The notes: a model not told the origin generated them from the letters alone. A stretch of 64,000 nt of DNA from Verrucomicrobiota bacterium (GCA_039818205.1 JBCBUK010000010.1:1-64000), one strand, 5' to 3'. Positions 38,340 to 48,891 are shown, counted from the first letter of the stretch. A program made the numbers and translations.

Positions 38340-39221
38340 ATGATTGTCTGGGCCATTATCATTGTCGCGATACTAATACTGGCGATACCGCCAACGATTC
38401 GTGCGCGCACGTGGTCGGTGTTTTTCGTTAGTGCTTTTTTTGCGACTGTCGGAGTCGTTCTACCGCTGCTCGTGTTTTTCTTTAGTAGCATGCTGGTTCC
38501 AGAATGGAAGGGTGGGGCACGATACGGGTGGCTGGATAGTTTCCATCTCGGCAAACTCGCGCTGCTACCGTTGGTGCTGTGGGCAACCGCGGCCTTCTAT
38601 TCGGTTCAGATGTTGAAGCTCGACGCGATTCCTCGCCGATGGGAAACACTCGGGCTATTTATTGGAGCGGTTGTCAGCACCGTGTGTTTCGTCTTTGGTA
38701 TTTTTGTCCATGGAGGCGATCGCATCGCATGGTGGTTAGCGGTTCCTGGCTACGTGGCGATCGGGTATGGACTGCTGAGTTGGCAATCGATTCGCATGTC
38801 GGACCTGAAACCATTTGCCTATGTCCTAACGCTTGCAGGATCCGTCCCGTTTTGGATTGTGAGCATCTACTGGAGTCGAAAGCACCACTGGTCATTGCCG
38901 GACGAACCGCCCGATTGCTTCATCGTTAGTGCATCGATGCAGGGCCACCCGTTGGTTGTTGGAGAGCAATCGAAGATTGAGCGGCGCGGTGTTCTTCGAT
39001 TTGCAAACTCGCAGCTCCGGACGTTCTGGCAATTCGAAGCACTTTGGCAGGACCGTTCACCGAGAACGCATCGAAGCTTTCGGCACCTCTATAACTACAT
39101 TGGACCTCGGATTGCCGCTCAAATTCGGACCCCGGTCGTTGCCGATATCGTCTACTTTTTGCTCAAGCCGTTTGAGGTTTTCGCCGCGCTGGCGATCGCA
39201 CTCGTTAGGCGATCAAAATAG
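38340..39221 (+). CDS. Multi-TM protein with a DUF6688-like / CFI-box-like C-terminal domain
   Basis: About 6 TMs, then PPDCFIVSASMQGH...NSQL...FE...P.THR.FR..Y..IGP.IA...AD..Y.LLKP.E. Confidence 0.7.
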   Translation: MIVWAIIIVAILILAIPPTIRARTWSVFFVSAFFATVGVVLPLLVFFFSSMLVPEWKGGARYGWLDSFHLGKLALLPLVLWATAAFYSVQMLKLDAIPRRWETLGLFIGAVVSTVCFVFGIFVHGGDRIAWWLAVPGYVAIGYGLLSWQSIRMSDLKPFAYVLTLAGSVPFWIVSIYWSRKHHWSLPDEPPDCFIVSASMQGHPLVVGEQSKIERRGVLRFANSQLRTFWQFEALWQDRSPRTHRSFRHLYNYIGPRIAAQIRTPVVADIVYFLLKPFEVFAALAIALVRRSK

Positions 39222-39239
39222 ATCGGGTTCACGGAAAAT

Positions 39240-39476
39240 CTATTCCGCTTTCTGGATCGCCTTCGCACCAACGGAAATGCCGCTGATCGCACCCGCGACG
39301 GGCACAATAAATAGGAGCGCGAGTAGGATGATCGCGTGAATGAAACCAGGTACCGCCAACTGCGCGCTCAACGGGATCAGGAAGACGACCGAAAAGGTAA
39401 AAGCAAGACAGGCGATAGCAAAAGAAATGCCGCACACGGTGAGTTTATCTTTCGCAGATTCTGGTAATTCGATCAT
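39240..39476 (-). CDS. Small two-TM membrane protein
   Basis: 78 aa, two hydrophobic helices. Confidence 0.55.
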   Translation of the reverse strand: MIELPESAKDKLTVCGISFAIACLAFTFSVVFLIPLSAQLAVPGFIHAIILLALLFIVPVAGAISGISVGAKAIQKAE

Positions 39477-39524
39477 GGATACAGTTTAGGACCGAATGCT
39501 GAACCTGTCAATGCCTGAACTAGT

Positions 39525-40367
39525 TTACCCTTTTCCGCCAGTCGTCGCGATTCCTTCGATGAAGTAACGTTGAGCAAAGAAGAAGAGTGCGATTACCGGA
39601 AGGATGACCAGCGTTGAGGCCGCCATGAGATAGTGCCAGGAGGTGCCCCCGGATTGGCTTTGGTAGGATTGTAGCCCCAGCGAGAGCGTAAAGTCCTGCT
39701 GATTGGTTAGGTAAATCAGCGGACCAAGAAAGTCATTCCAAGTGGCCATGAATTGGAACAGGGCCACAACAATAATTGCGGGTTTTGCCAATGGCAGGAT
39801 AATGCGGAAACAGATCTGGAGTTCCGAAGCGCCGTCAATGCGTGCCGATTCCGAGAGCTCTTTAGGAAGGGTTAGCATAAACTGCCGCAGGAGGAAAATG
39901 TTGAAGGCCCCCGCAAAGAAGGTTGGTACCCACAGGGGCTTGAAGCTGCCAATCCAACCGAGATCGCGAAAGACCAGGAAGATGGGAACCATAATGATGG
40001 GGAAGGGGATCATCATAGTGGCAAGGACAAGCATGAACGTCTTGTCGCGCCCGGGCCATTCGATACGAGAAAACCCGTAAGCGGCCAGGGTACTGCTGAT
40101 CACCGTTCCAATCACGGTCATCAAGCAGAGGTAAAGCGTGTTCCAGGTGTAGCGCCAAAACTCCCCCATCTCATCGATGGCCTGGGGATAGTTTTCCCAT
40201 TGCAGATCACTGGGTAGCCATTGTGGTGGCATCGCCATGGTTTCCTTGAGTGGCTTGAGGGAGGTGCTGACCATCCAGGCGAAGGGAGAAATAAAGACAA
40301 TGGCACCCGCGATCAGCATCAGGTAGATGCAGACGGTCTGAACACGTTGTGCGGTTTTGGCGGTCAT
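39525..40367 (-). CDS. Carbohydrate ABC transporter permease (MalG-type)
   Basis: EAA motif LPKELSESARIDGAS; WNDFLGPLIYL; QRYFIEGI. Confidence 0.95.
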   Translation of the reverse strand: MTAKTAQRVQTVCIYLMLIAGAIVFISPFAWMVSTSLKPLKETMAMPPQWLPSDLQWENYPQAIDEMGEFWRYTWNTLYLCLMTVIGTVISSTLAAYGFSRIEWPGRDKTFMLVLATMMIPFPIIMVPIFLVFRDLGWIGSFKPLWVPTFFAGAFNIFLLRQFMLTLPKELSESARIDGASELQICFRIILPLAKPAIIVVALFQFMATWNDFLGPLIYLTNQQDFTLSLGLQSYQSQSGGTSWHYLMAASTLVILPVIALFFFAQRYFIEGIATTGGKG

Positions 40368-41281
40368 TTGCCTGCGTAGTAGATGTGCCGCTCGGAGACC
40401 TTCGTTGCGAGCAAGGTTAAGGCAAGGATGATGAGGAACAGGATCAGCCCGATCGCGCAGGCATAGCCCATGCGCCAGTTTTCAAATGCGTTAAAGAAAA
40501 TGTAGGTCGCGGTGAAGAGCAGAGAGCGTCCAGGACCTTCTTGACCATCGGTCATGACATAGGGAACGGCGAAAACCTGGAACGACATGATTAGCGACAT
40601 GATGCCGTTGAAGTAGATGACTGGAGATATGATTGGCAGGGTGACGTGCCAGGTTTTTTGCCAGAAATTACAGCCATCGAGATCGGCGGCTTCATAGAGT
40701 GTTCGCGGAACATCTTGTAAGCCCGCGAGGAAAATCACCACCGCATTGCCCACTCCCCAGGCACTGGCAAATATCAACCCGAGCTTGGCAAACTCGGGAT
40801 CGACGAGCCAGTTGGGCGGCGCGACATCGGAGCCAAACAGGGCGTTTGCCGTATCCGTAATCGGACGCAGCACGGTGTTGACCAGGCCGAGCTGGCCATT
40901 GAGTAGCCATCGCCAAAGCACGCCAAGGCATACGAGTGGAACCAGGGAGGGGAGAAAGTATATCGTGCGGAAGATCTTTTTGCCGGGAAGGTCGAAGTTT
41001 AGCAGGATGGCCAAAAATAGGGCGATGATGAGATTGAGCGGAATCGAGATCGCGGCAAAGTAGATGGTGTTCCAAATGGATTTCCAAAACAGCTCGTCGG
41101 CCAACATATCGGAGTAGTTTTCCGTGCCGATAAAAACGGGTTTCGAAAGAACCGCGTAATCATGGAATGACAGATAGGCCGAACTCAAAAATGGGTAGAG
41201 GTTCAGCACCAGGAAGCCAACAATCCAGGGGCTGATAAACATGAGCCCCGTGCGCAGCCGTTGTCGTTCCTGTCGCGTCAT
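40364..41281 (-). CDS. Carbohydrate ABC transporter permease (MalF-type)
   Basis: FISPWIVGF, FRTIYFLPS, LAGLQDVPRTLYEAADLDG. Confidence 0.95.
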   Translation of the reverse strand: MTRQERQRLRTGLMFISPWIVGFLVLNLYPFLSSAYLSFHDYAVLSKPVFIGTENYSDMLADELFWKSIWNTIYFAAISIPLNLIIALFLAILLNFDLPGKKIFRTIYFLPSLVPLVCLGVLWRWLLNGQLGLVNTVLRPITDTANALFGSDVAPPNWLVDPEFAKLGLIFASAWGVGNAVVIFLAGLQDVPRTLYEAADLDGCNFWQKTWHVTLPIISPVIYFNGIMSLIMSFQVFAVPYVMTDGQEGPGRSLLFTATYIFFNAFENWRMGYACAIGLILFLIILALTLLATKVSERHIYYAGK

Positions 41282-42630
41282 GGTTGTGTTTTATCCTCGA
41301 GCCGGGCATCTCTTACTTTGAGCCAGCGACGGTACGATTGATCAAAGAGTTTGCCTTGGCGACGTTGGACCGCCGCCGCTGCCTCTTCTGGGGTTAGGTT
41401 CTGGAGCGCTACTTGATCAAAGGCGTTCACCATGTCTCGATTGAAGTCCATGATGTTGGTTAGGCGTGACCGTCCCGAAGCGTAGGGACTCTCTGCGAGC
41501 TCACGGTAGATTTTGATCTTTGGGTTGGGATGGTTTTCGTAGAAGGATTCGCTGGTCTCCACGAGCGGGCTGAACTTCAGCTGTTTGGCGCAGAGCTTTT
41601 CGAGGTTTTCAGGTCGTTGCAACCACGACAGAAACTTAAACGCTTCCTGCGGGTGCTTGGCCCCGCGCGGGATCACAATCACATCGGTTTCGACGATGGC
41701 GACACCGTAGCGATCTGGGTCGGTTGACGGGAAAGGCGCGACTCCCCAATCGAAACTCTTGGGGGCGAATTTCTCGATGAAGTTATGCATCCAAGGGCCT
41801 TGGTGGACCATTGCGATACGGCCGTTGAAGAAAGGGTTTTCCGCGGAAGCAAAATTGCCGCTCGCCTGGCGAAAGCGCAGGAGTTCATCGGCGCCAAATC
41901 GTTCCGGGTAGCTCGCCATCCATTCCAGGGCCGCAATACTGGCATCGCTTTCGACGGTGATGGCGTCCTTGCGATTCCAAACATCGCCTCCGAACCAGTA
42001 GGCCCAATTGGGAAGCCACCAGCCGGGCTCTTGTGGGAGGTGTCCCAGCACCTCGATGTCTCCATCGTCGTCGAATCGAGTGATATGTTCGTTAAAGGCT
42101 TCGAGTTCGGCGATCGTTCTGGGTGGCTTCTCTGGGTCGAGCCCCGCTTCGCGAAACAAGTCTTTGTTCCAATGTAGGCCCGTTGCCCCGGGCGTTGATG
42201 GCAGGCCCCAGAGGCGGTCAAACTCGGTAAGCTCGCTCCAGATTGCGGGTAGGTAATCGCTTTCGTGGATATCGTGGGATGCTGCCAAGTCATCGAGCTG
42301 GGTGAGGGCTCCGTTGGCGGCAAAGATGGGGACGTTCATCGACCAGAGTCCGGCAAGGTCGGGCGGGTTCCCGCCAGCGGCGGCAAGCATGAGCTTTCGG
42401 CTAATGAAACTGATCGACAAGAACTCAACATAGATCTCGTTTTGAGACGCATTGAAGTCATCGACTAGGTCTTGCATCGCTTGATGCTCGGAGCCAGTCC
42501 ACTTATCCCAATACTGGATCACCACGCGGCCGTCTTCACGTGGATTCTCGCCGCAACCACTTAGCAGCACGAGCAAAGCGACCAATATAACTGGTACGCG
42601 GAACGAGATGGCTGAAAAACGTTTGCTCAC
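41278..42630 (-). CDS. ABC transporter substrate-binding lipoprotein (sugar family 1)
   Basis: Lipobox LLSGC; AAAGGNPPDL; WNKDLFREAGLDPEKPPRT; FFNGRIAM..QGPW. Start uncertain (GTG 42630 chosen). Confidence 0.92.
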   Translation of the reverse strand: MSKRFSAISFRVPVILVALLVLLSGCGENPREDGRVVIQYWDKWTGSEHQAMQDLVDDFNASQNEIYVEFLSISFISRKLMLAAAGGNPPDLAGLWSMNVPIFAANGALTQLDDLAASHDIHESDYLPAIWSELTEFDRLWGLPSTPGATGLHWNKDLFREAGLDPEKPPRTIAELEAFNEHITRFDDDGDIEVLGHLPQEPGWWLPNWAYWFGGDVWNRKDAITVESDASIAALEWMASYPERFGADELLRFRQASGNFASAENPFFNGRIAMVHQGPWMHNFIEKFAPKSFDWGVAPFPSTDPDRYGVAIVETDVIVIPRGAKHPQEAFKFLSWLQRPENLEKLCAKQLKFSPLVETSESFYENHPNPKIKIYRELAESPYASGRSRLTNIMDFNRDMVNAFDQVALQNLTPEEAAAAVQRRQGKLFDQSYRRWLKVRDARLEDKTQP

Positions 42631-42684
42631 AAGTAGATCGGTTGAGCTTGAAGACGGGAGCGTTGAGGGGCAATCCAATAGCGT

Positions 42685-43080
42685 CTAATCCCAGAGCTTC
42701 CAGGGGGCCAGTTCGAGACTGTTCCCCGCCGGGTCGCGGAAGTAGATCGAACGGGCGCCATTGGGCCATTGGTGGTCGTGCTCGATTTCGACGCCGCGCT
42801 CAGTCAATCGTTGAGACCAGGCATCGAGTTGCTCCTGCTCCATACGAAAGGCAAAGTGGCAGACGCCCTCGGCTCCGTGAGTAGGGATCTCGTGCCCTTC
42901 TTCTTCGGCGTAGGCGGGATCAAAGATAAGCAGCATGCAATTGTCGAGTTTGTAAAACAGGAAGTGCTTTTCTACTTTGTTATGCAAAGTTAGATCCAGC
43001 ACCTTACTGTAGAATTGCTCTGCAGCATCCAAATCATCGACGTAGATTGCCGTTTCCAATATTCGCGTTATGGGCGTCAT
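42685..43080 (-). CDS. VOC/glyoxalase family protein
   Basis: ILETAIYVDDLDAAEQFY...HFAF...GARSIYFRDPAGNSLEL. Confidence 0.92.
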   Translation of the reverse strand: MTPITRILETAIYVDDLDAAEQFYSKVLDLTLHNKVEKHFLFYKLDNCMLLIFDPAYAEEEGHEIPTHGAEGVCHFAFRMEQEQLDAWSQRLTERGVEIEHDHQWPNGARSIYFRDPAGNSLELAPWKLWD

Positions 43081-43105
43081 AGTATGATAGGAAAATATTG
43101 AACGC

Positions 43106-44593
43106 CTATCGATGCCAGTTCTTTGCGCGAGTGACGGCTTCCTGCCAGCGTTCCATTCGCTCGGCGGCTTCCGCCTTCTCCATCGTGGGCTCAAAGACGC
43201 GATCGACTTTCCATTGTTCCGCGATGGCTTTCTCGTTCGCAAATACGCCCGTTGAAAGGCCTGCCAGATACGCGGCGCCAAGAGCGGTGGTCTCGGTGTT
43301 TTGGGGCCGAATGACTGGAACGCCCAGGAGGTCAGCTTGAAACTGCATCAAGAGGTTGTTGTTTGCGGCGCCACCATCAACCCGCAGTTCCTTTAGGGCA
43401 ATTCCGCTATCGGCGTTCATCGCTTGGAGTAGTTCTGCGCTTTGGTAGGCAATGGACTCGAGCGCGGCCCGGGTGATGTGCGCGGCTGAGGTTGCTCGGG
43501 TCAAGCCAACGATGGTGCCCCGGGCATCAGGGTCCCAATGGGGGGCGCCCAATCCAGTAAACGCTGGAACGAGCATGACGCCTCCAGAGTCCGGCACACT
43601 GGCCGCAAGGGGTTCGCTCTCGGCCGCCGTATGGATCATGCGGAGCCCATCCCGGAGCCATTGAATCACCGCACCGCCAACAAAGACGCTGCCCTCGAGT
43701 GCGTATTTGCGTTTTTGGCCTTTATTCTGCCAGGCGATTGTTGTTAGCAAATTGTTCTTCGACTCGACGGGCTTGTCCCCGGTTTGTTGGAGCAGGAAAC
43801 AGCCGGTGCCATAAGTGTTTTTGGCCATGCCTTTTTTGAAGCAGGCTTGACCATAGAGGGCTGCGTGTTGGTCCCCAGCAACGCCGGCGATCGGAGCTCC
43901 GCCGAAGTCGGCACATTGGCCAAAGTCGCCCGCGGAGCTTCGAACTTCGGGTAGGATCTCCCGTGGGATGCCTAAGATCTTTAGCAACTCGTCGTCCCAC
44001 TTGCCCGTGTGTATATTAAATAGTAGGGTGCGGCTGGCGTTTGAGGGATCTGTTGCGTGGACTTCGCCACCGGTCAGGTTGTAGATCAGCCAAGTGTCGA
44101 CCGTGCCAAAGCAGAGTTCGCCTTTCTGGGCGGCCTTCTTGGCGCCATCGACATTCTCCAATATCCAATGAATCTTTGTTCCCGAGAAGTAGGGGTCGAG
44201 AACCAGTCCGGTTTTTTCCAGGACAACTTTGGCTTTGCCGCCCTTACGTAATTTCTCACAGAACTTTGCGGTGCGCCGGTCTTGCCAAACGATTGCGGGA
44301 TGAATCGGCTTACCGGTCTTGCGATCCCAGACCAAGGTGGTTTCGCGCTGGTTGGTGATGCCGACCCCAGCGAGGTCGCGCCCCCGGATACCAGCTTGGG
44401 CTAGGGCTTCAGCGGCGACCGAGCTCTGGCTTGACCAGATTTCGCTTGGGTCATGCTCCACCCATCCCGATTCAGGGAAGTATTGCTTGAACTCTTTTTG
44501 AGAATTGGCGACGGCTTCGCCATCGGGGTTGAAGACAATGGCACGCGAGCTGGTCGTGCCTTGATCGAGGGCAAGGAGGTAGTCTTTGGGCAT
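43106..44593 (-). CDS. glpK: Glycerol kinase
   Basis: [49 protein letters not shown]. Confidence 0.98.
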   Translation of the reverse strand: MPKDYLLALDQGTTSSRAIVFNPDGEAVANSQKEFKQYFPESGWVEHDPSEIWSSQSSVAAEALAQAGIRGRDLAGVGITNQRETTLVWDRKTGKPIHPAIVWQDRRTAKFCEKLRKGGKAKVVLEKTGLVLDPYFSGTKIHWILENVDGAKKAAQKGELCFGTVDTWLIYNLTGGEVHATDPSNASRTLLFNIHTGKWDDELLKILGIPREILPEVRSSAGDFGQCADFGGAPIAGVAGDQHAALYGQACFKKGMAKNTYGTGCFLLQQTGDKPVESKNNLLTTIAWQNKGQKRKYALEGSVFVGGAVIQWLRDGLRMIHTAAESEPLAASVPDSGGVMLVPAFTGLGAPHWDPDARGTIVGLTRATSAAHITRAALESIAYQSAELLQAMNADSGIALKELRVDGGAANNNLLMQFQADLLGVPVIRPQNTETTALGAAYLAGLSTGVFANEKAIAEQWKVDRVFEPTMEKAEAAERMERWQEAVTRAKNWHR

Positions 44594-44672
44594 GGTTTAA
44601 TTGAGATAAAATGGGCTCCGTGAATTGTATGGGAATCCACGGAGATTGATGATGACATAATTGCAGCTAAGG

Positions 44673-46160
44673 TCAATCCGTAGTGCGCCGACCGATCCAC
44701 CATATCAGGCCGAAATTCAGAATGACGCCCCACAGCCCGGCGTGGACGCCAAAGGGTTTGTGGGCAATTGAGTCTGGGGCAAAGTAGTTTCCAACCAAGA
44801 AGAATAGCGTGAAGGCGGTGCCTACTAGAAAACCAGTGAGCACGGCCCGTGCATTCAATTGCCTAAAGTAGAGACCGCATAGAAGCGCCGGTGCGGTTTG
44901 GGCAAGGAGTTCCGTTTTTATTTGGATCAGCTGCCAGATGCTTGCTGGCAGGTTAGAGGCAAAGATTACGGCAATGGCCATGACACTCGTCGAAATTACT
45001 TTGCCAAGCAAAGTTAGTCGATGCTGGTCATCGATGTTGGTTAGCGGTCGTAGTAAGTCTTGGGTGGCCGAGGAGGCGATTGCGAGCAGGGCACTGTCGG
45101 CCGTGGACATGATTGCGGCGAACACGGCTGCGACGAACACGATCGTCACCCAGCCGGCAGCGGGATGCGTCATCGCAAAATCTTTGAGAACCAGTAGCGT
45201 AATGCCTTCGCTGGAATCATTGCTCAAACCAGGATAAGCGATGTTGCCGAGTACGCCGATCGTCACCATGAGCAGGGTCGTAATCAGCGGGAAGAACACC
45301 ATCACCTGCAGGGATCTCTTGAGGGTTCGTGGGCTCCTCGCTGCGTATATTCGTTGGATCGCATGAGGGTAGAGCGCCAAGCCAATTGAGACGATCATCG
45401 CAGTCGATACCCAGCCGAGGCATTGCTTAAAACCTGGTGCCTCCCAAAAATCCGGGCGGACTTCATGGAGCTGTTCGGCAGCACCTGAGATGCCACCGAG
45501 GTTCACGAGCGTCGCCACAAAAATGATCGTGCAGCCAACGACCAACAACACGCCTTGGAGGACATCCGTCCAGGCAACACTACGGAGACCACCGAGAGTC
45601 TCGTAGATCAAAATGACAATGGCGAGCAACACGATACCTTGGCCCTCGGACAACAACCCGCCAGTTACAAGGAATGCCATTTCCCCCATTGCCTTGAGAT
45701 TCGTTACCAGGAAATTGCAGAGCGCAATGATACCGGACACCGCAATCAAAGTCGTCAGGCCCCGATGGTTGAATCGGTGCTGTACGTAGTCGCCCAGGGT
45801 TATAAAATTATACTTCCGCGATAGTCTTTGCAGGCGAGGGGCAAAGATTAGATACATGCCAATGATCCCCATCATGAAGGGGAGGGCGACGAGGAAGGTG
45901 AATCCCGAGCGGTAAGCTTTCGCCGCAAAGCCGATCAATGTATTACCGCTATACTGAGTCGCATAGAGCGTGAGCAAGAGGACAATGAATCCGAGATTGC
46001 GACCGCCTAGAAAGAAGTCGCTCATCGAGTTCTCTTGCCGGGCCATTCGCCCAACCAGACCGATTCCAATCAACGCAAGCAGGTAGAATCCGATCACCCA
46101 CATGCCTGCGGTGCCCAGCAGAGGCTCCTCGCCGGCTGTTGCGCCAATAATTGGCATCAT
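44673..46160 (-). CDS. Sodium:solute symporter (SSS family)
   Basis: DFFLGGR, ATQYSG, YETLGGLRSVAWTDVLQG, AAIMSTADSALL. ATG 46160 overlaps the upstream stop. Confidence 0.93.
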   Translation of the reverse strand: MMPIIGATAGEEPLLGTAGMWVIGFYLLALIGIGLVGRMARQENSMSDFFLGGRNLGFIVLLLTLYATQYSGNTLIGFAAKAYRSGFTFLVALPFMMGIIGMYLIFAPRLQRLSRKYNFITLGDYVQHRFNHRGLTTLIAVSGIIALCNFLVTNLKAMGEMAFLVTGGLLSEGQGIVLLAIVILIYETLGGLRSVAWTDVLQGVLLVVGCTIIFVATLVNLGGISGAAEQLHEVRPDFWEAPGFKQCLGWVSTAMIVSIGLALYPHAIQRIYAARSPRTLKRSLQVMVFFPLITTLLMVTIGVLGNIAYPGLSNDSSEGITLLVLKDFAMTHPAAGWVTIVFVAAVFAAIMSTADSALLAIASSATQDLLRPLTNIDDQHRLTLLGKVISTSVMAIAVIFASNLPASIWQLIQIKTELLAQTAPALLCGLYFRQLNARAVLTGFLVGTAFTLFFLVGNYFAPDSIAHKPFGVHAGLWGVILNFGLIWWIGRRTTD

Positions 46161-46360
46161 AACTCCGCGTCCTCCGCGTTTGAGTCCCAGAGTTTGGCGA
46201 TGCTGTAGGCCACGAATGCCGCATAAACCGTTGATGCCGCAATTGTGTAGACCGCCCAGAGTGGAAGTCCAGCGACCGTGAGATCTTGCCCGACCAGGAT
46301 GAAAATCCATGGAGCGGTCAAGGTTAGGAGTCTCAAGTGGGCGATGACGTAGCGACGCAT
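46157..46360 (-). CDS. Small membrane protein, SSS accessory type (DUF997/DUF3311-like)
   Basis: 67 aa, PW...GLPLW motif, translationally coupled to the symporter. Confidence 0.65.
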   Translation of the reverse strand: MRRYVIAHLRLLTLTAPWIFILVGQDLTVAGLPLWAVYTIAASTVYAAFVAYSIAKLWDSNAEDAEL

Positions 46361-46430
46361 GATATTCGGCCAATCAGATTCAAGAAAACTTCTGACTGGA
46401 TTATAAGGGTGTAGGCATCATCGTGGTTTC

Positions 46431-48161
46431 GTGCAAAGTGAAAGTTCATCGAAACAGAAGCTACTCTACTCGGCTGATGAAACGCCGCCACACGCCTTGT
46501 CTGCCTTCCTCGGCTTTCAGGCCATCGCCTTAATGATATCCGGCATCGCGCTGACACCGGTGGTGGTTCTGCGTATTGCCGGGCAAGATGGCTCGGCCAA
46601 CAACTGGGTGATTTTTGCCGCTTTCATGATTAGCGGCCTGACGACTTGTCTTCAGGCGCGTCCTCTCTTTGGACGTTGGGGCTCGGGCTATCCATTATTC
46701 ATGGGAACGAGTGGCGCGTTTATCGCCGTGGGGGCCGCAGCGGTCGAGCAAGGTGGATTGGCGCTCCTTGGAACGCTTGCCGCGTGCTCGGCCTTGGTGC
46801 AGCTCGCACTGGCGGCTCGCCTTTCCTGGTTCCGGCATGTTATCACACCCGCTGTCGGGGGGGTAATTGTCATGCTCATTGTGGTGACCGTGTTTCCCGT
46901 ATGCACGGATCTGCTCACGAAAGTGCCCGAGGGGAAACAGGACATCGAAGCGTTTTGGACGGCGACCGCGACCTTCGTGACGATTATTTTGATCGCGATT
47001 TTTGGTGCGCCGAAATGGCGCCTTTGGGGGCCACTCATCGGGGTGGTCTTAGGAACGCTGGTATCGGTGCCCTTTGGCCTTTTCGATACCACGGTGATTA
47101 GCCAAGCCGCGTGGTTCGGGTTTCCGGATGTTGCCTGGCCAGGATTGGACCTCTCCTTCGATTCGAAGTTTTGGGCCTTGTTCCCCGCCTTTGCGATCGT
47201 GACGGTTGTGGGTGCGATTGAAACCTTTGGCGACGCGGTCAGTATCCAGCGTTGCGGTCACCGCGGAAGCCGACCGATTGACTTTCGCTCAGTTCAGGGA
47301 GCCCTCCGGGCCGACGGCATCGGCAACCTGCTTTCCGGTTTGATGGGGACACTGCCCAACACCACTTATTCCACGAGCATCAGTTTGGTGGAGTTTACTG
47401 GGATCGCCGCTCGTCGGGTGGGGTTCTATGGTGGCGCGATTCTGTTGCTGCTTGCCTTCTTTCCAAAAGTTTCGGCCTTGCTGCAGGCAATCCCAAATCC
47501 GGTTATCGGCGCCTACCTGATCATCCTGTTGGCGGTGTTGTTTTCGGCTGGTGGCATTCGGTTGATCTCCAATGGCGGGCTAAGCCCGGAGAATGGATTG
47601 CTCGTTGGGATTTCCTTTTGGATGGGAACCGCTTTCCAAGGCCGGATGATTTTCCCAGAAATGATGCCAAACTGGCTCCATACAATTATGGACAACGGGA
47701 TGACCGCCGGTGGCTTCACGGCACTCATTATCAGCGGGCTCTTCTATTTACGTCGGCGCAAGCCTGGTCGGCTCGACCTTCCGGCAAAGACTGCGCTGGT
47801 TGGCCCCGTCCAGCAGTTCCTAAGTGCCCGTGCGGGTGCCCAACGTTGGGATGAGGCGGCGATCCGCCGATTGGAGTTGGTCGGTGAGGAAGCCTTGATG
47901 TTCTTGTCGGCGGGTGAAAACGAATCGGAGCAACCGATCCGTCTCAACTTGCACTTTGAGGACGAGGCCGCGACGGTCGAGTTTGCCGTGGGCAGCTCAG
48001 CGATGAATCTCGAAAGCGCTCTGAACGCGGTGCCCGAGCAAGATAAAGGCGAAGAAAACGTTGGATTACATTTGCTTCGCCAGTTGGCTCAAAGCGTCGA
48101 GCATCATCAGTTTGACGATGGCAGCTTCCTTGCGCTCAAGATCGAAAGCCGTCCGCTGTGA
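46431..48161 (+). CDS. NCS2 (xanthine/uracil) family permease with a C-terminal HATPase-like extension
   Basis: YSADETPP, GSGYPLFMGTSGAF, ETFGD, GALRADGIG, P..TYS, FFPKV..L..IP.PVIG; extra C-terminal domain of about 135 aa. Confidence 0.88.
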   Translation: MQSESSSKQKLLYSADETPPHALSAFLGFQAIALMISGIALTPVVVLRIAGQDGSANNWVIFAAFMISGLTTCLQARPLFGRWGSGYPLFMGTSGAFIAVGAAAVEQGGLALLGTLAACSALVQLALAARLSWFRHVITPAVGGVIVMLIVVTVFPVCTDLLTKVPEGKQDIEAFWTATATFVTIILIAIFGAPKWRLWGPLIGVVLGTLVSVPFGLFDTTVISQAAWFGFPDVAWPGLDLSFDSKFWALFPAFAIVTVVGAIETFGDAVSIQRCGHRGSRPIDFRSVQGALRADGIGNLLSGLMGTLPNTTYSTSISLVEFTGIAARRVGFYGGAILLLLAFFPKVSALLQAIPNPVIGAYLIILLAVLFSAGGIRLISNGGLSPENGLLVGISFWMGTAFQGRMIFPEMMPNWLHTIMDNGMTAGGFTALIISGLFYLRRRKPGRLDLPAKTALVGPVQQFLSARAGAQRWDEAAIRRLELVGEEALMFLSAGENESEQPIRLNLHFEDEAATVEFAVGSSAMNLESALNAVPEQDKGEENVGLHLLRQLAQSVEHHQFDDGSFLALKIESRPL

Positions 48162-48170
48162 TGAGATCCG

Positions 48171-48857
48171 TTAGTCGCGTGAGCCCATGAGGAAGCTCGC
48201 GTAGTAAAGCAAGTTGGCTAGGCTGGCAATGAACGCAGCTACATAGGTGAATCCGGCTGCATTCAAGGTGGATACCACGCCGGGAATTTCATCTTGTCCA
48301 ACAATGCCCAAACCAACCAGCTCATTTTTCGCACGTTTGCTGGCGTCAAATTCAACCGGCAAGGTCACAAACTGAAAGAAGGTGATCACGGCCATACACA
48401 TCACGACGATCTTGATACCGATCATGTTGGCAGCGAGAAACGGTAAGAAGAAGCTACCGATGAGGATGAACGGCAGGATCTTGGAAGAAAAGGTGGTGAT
48501 CCCCACCAAGCCCATGCGCATCTCCAGCGCCTTATAGCCGACCTTGTGCTGAATCGCATGACCAGCCTCGTGGGCGGCAACGCCAACAGCGGCCAAGCTG
48601 GAACCACTAAAGTTCTCCCGCGAGAGAGCCAGGCGCTTGTTCACAGGATCATAGTGGTCGGTCAGGTGGCCGCCAATCTGGACGATTTCCACGTCAGTAA
48701 TGCCAGCGCGACGCATCACGGCGTCAGCTGCTTCCGCGCCAGTAATTCGGCTGCGGGTGGGTACCTTTCGCCAGCGATTGTAGGCGCTGGATACTCGATG
48801 TTGGGCCCAAAGGCCGAGGATGATCGTTGGAACGATGATGATTATGAAAAGTGTCAT
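48171..48857 (-). CDS. Membrane zinc metallopeptidase (YugP / Zn_peptidase_2 family)
   Basis: LTDHYDP, AAHEAGHAIQH, TLPVEFDASKRA, AAGFTYVAA. Confidence 0.93.
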   Translation of the reverse strand: MTLFIIIIVPTIILGLWAQHRVSSAYNRWRKVPTRSRITGAEAADAVMRRAGITDVEIVQIGGHLTDHYDPVNKRLALSRENFSGSSLAAVGVAAHEAGHAIQHKVGYKALEMRMGLVGITTFSSKILPFILIGSFFLPFLAANMIGIKIVVMCMAVITFFQFVTLPVEFDASKRAKNELVGLGIVGQDEIPGVVSTLNAAGFTYVAAFIASLANLLYYASFLMGSRD

Positions 48858-48891
48858 GTCTAATGTCTATTTGGATTTTGGAAATGTAAGA

